A stretch of 64,000 nucleotides of DNA. Source: Paraspadella gotoi. Taxonomy: Eukaryota; Animalia; Chaetognatha. A model generated the notes under the pieces. It saw only the letters and a program-made list of their open reading frames with translations. It made no database searches and was not told the DNA's origin. Shown here in pieces: positions 59,727 through 64,000 of this stretch (position 1 is its first letter; every line of letters starts with the position of its first letter). The stretch covers positions 2,704,243 through 2,768,242 of the forward strand of contig CM119270.1 in assembly GCA_051294375.1 (NCBI GenBank), given 5' to 3'. The position numbers were made by a program, and so were the translations under genes.

Positions 59727-60099
59727 CAAGACAAATGACGGAAATATCTTCAGAGCTCACATCTCGACTTAGCGTGGGTGGCCTGTGGGCAATCTCGCCC
59801 ACACTCACAAAATGGCGTATCTCCTCTTCATCCTTTCAAGTTCCTTCATCTTATCGACTAAACAGAGCGACGTTGTGAACAATCGTTCACAGTTCATTGT
59901 TCGACTTCACGGAATCACAATGCTTCGACGATCACTTTTTCACGTGACTTGAAGCTGTGATCCGACGCCTTCGCTTTGTGAAAAAGACTTCCTCACCTTC
60001 GCTTTCAACTTCGTTTCACCCAAATTTCTTCGATTCACAAAAATCGATTCCACGATTTCTCGTATAACGACTTCACTCGAGAGGCCAAAGGTCAAACTG

Positions 60100-60280
60100 T
60101 GGCAATGACACCAATGGCGGGGCGAATGGCAACGGCCAGAGGGCGAATGGTAATGACGCGGAGAGGGCGAATAGCAATGACCAAAGGGCGTAATGCGGAG
60201 AGGGCGAAGGGCGACGACCAAAGGGCGAATGGCAGATAGAGCAACTGGCAACGGTCAGAAGGCGAATGGCAGCGACCAAA
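60100..60280. repeat. Degenerate ~21-bp minisatellite (GGGCGAATGGCAACGACCAAA-like)
   Basis: Direct reading. Confidence 0.75.
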
Positions 60281-60324
60281 TGTTATTAGCAGAAAAGGGA
60301 CTGGACTTCAAATTAATGTTCTTA

Positions 60325-60795
60325 TCAATGTAAAATAAGGAATGGCTTCGATAAATAATTAGGAATGGCATCGATTTAAAATGAGAAATGGCATCGATGA
60401 AACATGAGAAATGGCATCGATCAAAAAAGAGGAATGGCATAGATGAAAAATGGAGAATGGCATCAATGTAAAATGAGAAATAGCATCGATGAAAGATGAG
60501 GTATGGCATCGATGTAAAAAAAGGAATGGCATCATTAAATTATGAGGAATGACATGGATGAAATATAAGGATTGGAATAAATTTAAAATGAGTAATGGCA
60601 TCGATGAAAAATGAGGAATGGCATCGATGAAAAATTATAAACTATATTGATTCAAAATGAAGAAATACATCGATAAGAAATGAGGATCGAATGGTATCGA
60701 TGTAAAATAAAGAATGGCCTATATAAAAAAAATAAGGAATGGCATCATTGAAAAATGAAGAATGGCATCGATAAAAAATGAGGAATGGCATCAAC
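60325..60795. repeat. Minisatellite, ~23-bp unit (GAGGAATGGCATCGATGAAAAAT), about 20 degenerate copies
   Basis: Direct reading. Confidence 0.9.
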
Positions 60796-61819
60796 GCGGC
60801 AGCTTATGGCGATTCGGAAAGAGGAATGGGTCCATAGCCGAGACCGAATAACGACGACGGCCGAGAATGTGTGGGAACGAGTGGCAAAGGGCGAAGCGAA
60901 ATGCCATCTGGTCACGACGCTGAAGGTTACGTCGATGGTTTTTCGCTCCAGCGAACGTGGTTAACTGCCGTCGTCCTCGTCGTCGTCGTCGTCGTCGTTA
61001 TCGTCTTTGAGTTCGTCGTCGTCGTCGTCATCTTCGGTCGTCGTCGTTTGCAATGTCCTTCTCTCGGTTATTGTTTTCGTTGTGAAGGATTTCAAAAGGA
61101 CAGTGAGTTGGATTTCTCGGAAATGGAGTTTGGGGCTATTTTTAATTTATTTTTTTATGACAAAAAAGTGTCCGATATAAAACTAACAAATTTTAAGATC
61201 AAATAAAGTCGGACAAGAAAAAAAGACCGCCTAACGATACAAGGACAATACGTTTACCACGAAAGCCACTTCATTGTAGATTCGGTAAAGTGGGGGTCTA
61301 ATGCCTCGATGCCCTAATTCGCCCAGTTAGTTAATACTGAGCACTGCCTCCGTTTCCATTCGAGGGACATGCGCCTTCAAAACTGTCCTGGAGTCTCAAG
61401 GGCGTTAAGAAAAAAAAAAGAGTTGGGGCTTGTCTTCCCCCCTTCTACCCCCCCCCGCCCCCCGGGGGCAGCCTAACGCGAGTTCTGCCCCGCGGGTGAC
61501 ATTACCCCCCCCCGCCTCCATCGCCACCTATCGGGTTTCCACAACATTCGTAGTAATGACGTCGTTCGACTTCGAGAATTAAAGGTTCGCGGAAATCGTT
61601 GGAAGTTGGCGATGGAAATTAAGGACCTGCCTTGCTTTTTTTTGGGGGGGAGTGGTTACTTTTGTACCCTTGCCTTTTTTTTTGTGTTTTTTTTCTTTAC
61701 TGGCCTACTAGCTTGCTTGCTTGATACTTGCTTGCTCGACTGCTTCCTTGTTTTCATGCTGTGTTTTTTTATTTTTTTTCTTTCTTTCCTTTTTTTATTA
61801 TTTTTTTTCTCTCTCTCTC

Positions 61820-61837
61820 TTTCTTTCCTTCTTTCCT

Positions 61838-61901
<64 letters not shown>

Positions 61902-61913
61902 TCCTTCTTTCCT

Positions 61914-61945
<32 letters not shown>

Positions 61946-61947
61946 TC
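61820..61947. repeat. (TTTC)n microsatellite
   Basis: Direct reading. Confidence 0.95.
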
Positions 61948-63694
61948 AGTTTGACGATGTGTATAAGCGTTACGACGCCGTTACCGTCGTTACGGTGAGA
62001 AAAAGACCCATTGTGACGCCGCCTCACGATGTGACGCCGCCTCACGATGTGACGCCGTCTCGCGAGGTGACGCCATCCGAGTCGACGCCGCGAAAGTCGC
62101 GCCATTCAAGGGGAGGAGCGTCGTTAGTGAGAGAGACGCCTGGAATCGACGCCCAAAACGGAAACTATGAAGGAAACGACGCCGAAATTCGATTCCGCGC
62201 CCGAAAGTTCTTTACTTGGAAAAAACCGGCGTTCTTATACTAGAATTCAATATGATTTTAAAATGTGACATAGAAAAATTAAATGAATAAATTTTGAATG
62301 AAAAAATGAGAGACATATTTGGGTCTTAGTTTAAGACCTTTATTCTATCTCAAATTTAAAACCAAAACAAAATTTAAATCCTAAACGTGTTGACACATAT
62401 TTTGATTTCGTACTGCGTAATAATAGTATATTAGTCAATCGGCGCATATTACTATTGAGCGGCGTAAATTGAAACTCTTTAAAATCCGCACATCGAATGC
62501 TTGTGCCTCCCAAAATCTGACGCATCGCTTCTCTCTCGTGTCAAACTTCAATTTTTTTTTTTAAATTGGGTTTAATTTCGTGGGATTGAAACCCTAACGT
62601 TTTATGAGAAAACGGTTTAGCAAAATATATGTTAAGAATGTCGAGGAGGAAGCCAAAACTGTTTTGAAGAAAACAATATTTTGTAAAGGTGTTTTTCTCT
62701 AATTTAAAACCGCATTTTTTTTTCGTTTTCCCGAGGTTTTTCGAAAGTTTTTTTCGAAAACGGTTACGAGTTCAACGAGATTAAAAAAGACAATTTTAAC
62801 AGTTTTTTTTCTTCTGGTTTTTAGCGTCGACTGATGTCGCTTTTGGTCGTCGTTATTGTTATCGTCGTTGTCGTTGTCGTTTCGTGTTCTCGACTTCGTC
62901 TTCTTCATTTGACGGAGACAATTATCTTCCGATTCTTCCTCTCAATCATTTTTTAATTCATTTCGTTGTTCTTATGTTTGTTTGTTTTCTTTTTCGTTTA
63001 ATTAACATCTTCGGGATTCGCGGATGACGCCCCGCCCAAAAAATAAATCCCCCTGGCGTCAAACGCGTTTGAGGAATCGTCGCTCGGTGAAAGGGATCGT
63101 CGTTGTCGTCGTCGTCGTCGTGATTGGAAATGGGTGGAAATGGGAGAGGGTGGGTAACCTTTACGAAGGGGGGGTTATGGGGAGGACCGGGCAGGTCACC
63201 TTTCTCTTTCGGTTTTGACTCGAGGGCGAAAAGTCCTTTACGCGTCGTCGTCGTCGTTGTGGTCGTAGTCGTATGTCTCATCATCATCATCATCATCATC
63301 AATCATCATCATCATCAGTCATCAGTCTCATCATCATCATCATCATCATCATCAAATCATCATCATCGTCGCCGTCGTCATCATCGTCATCCATCAATCG
63401 CCGTCGACGTCGTCGCCATCATCATGGTCGTACTCGTTTGCCAACGTCCGTGATTTGAAGAAGGAAACTGAGGTTAGGGGCCGGGTGCGCGGCCCGGGGG
63501 GCGAGGGGCGGAAGAGACGGGCGGATGTGGGCTCGGTCGGGTGGGGGCGCAGTTTTAAGGGCTGCTTAGGAGTAAAGGTTGTTGTGGTCGTCAAGAAAGG
63601 CAATCCTTCCTTCGAAGTCACGATGGAAGTTCTTAACTCATTTGGACAAACATTTTGGAAAGAGAGATCTCTAACGACGCTCTCTCTCACGATA

Positions 63695-63835
63695 AGTCTT
63701 TGCTTCCAAAGAGGCGAAGAGTCTCTGCTTCCAAAGAGGAAAAGTCTCTGCTTCCGAAGAGGCCAACAGTCTTTGCTTCAAAGAGGCCAAGTGTCTTTGC
63801 TTCCAAAGAGGCGAAGATTTTGCTTCCAAAGAGGC
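63695..63835. repeat. Minisatellite, ~22-bp unit (GTCTCTGCTTCCAAAGAGGCGAA) x ~6
   Basis: Direct reading. Confidence 0.85.
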
Positions 63836-64000
63836 GGCGGTACAATCGCTTTACGTTTCTCGAAGCCTCAATCTTGGACTCATCTGCGCGACGAACGGGA
63901 CACGCCCATTGACGGCGTGATGAGCGATGGCGCCGCTGCGACTCTGTCACAATGATGTCGTTCGACGCCACGTGCGTGACTCATTGAGAGAGAGAGAGAG

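Noticed and set aside
60325-60795. Regularly spaced repeats resembling a CRISPR array
   Set aside because: Contiguous degenerate tandem units with no unique spacers, no cas genes, and a eukaryotic context.

Overview
Animal (invertebrate-type) genomic DNA with GC-rich exons, AT-rich introns and many (CT/GA)n microsatellites. Four spliced genes lie on the + strand: eIF5 (218-3188), a creatine kinase (6518-11217, one GC-AG intron), RIM/UNC-10 (16167-24899) and a CEP135/Bld10-like coiled-coil gene (29843-51216) that appears to lack the conserved N-terminus. Three things sit inside CEP135-like introns: a ~10.3 kb Ty3/Gypsy LTR element with an env-like third ORF (very noisy sequence), a two-exon antisense gene for a small Cys-rich, probably GPI-anchored protein that the ORF track misses, and a Penelope-type minimal hammerhead ribozyme. 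Downstream are nested non-autonomous DNA transposons and an intact stand-alone gag-like ORF (55486-57084). That ORF is clearly homologous to the Gag of the Gypsy element 22 kb upstream but has no pol, so it is a candidate domesticated capsid gene or a gag-only element. All exon models and homologies were read by eye; no searches were run and the taxon cannot be determined.
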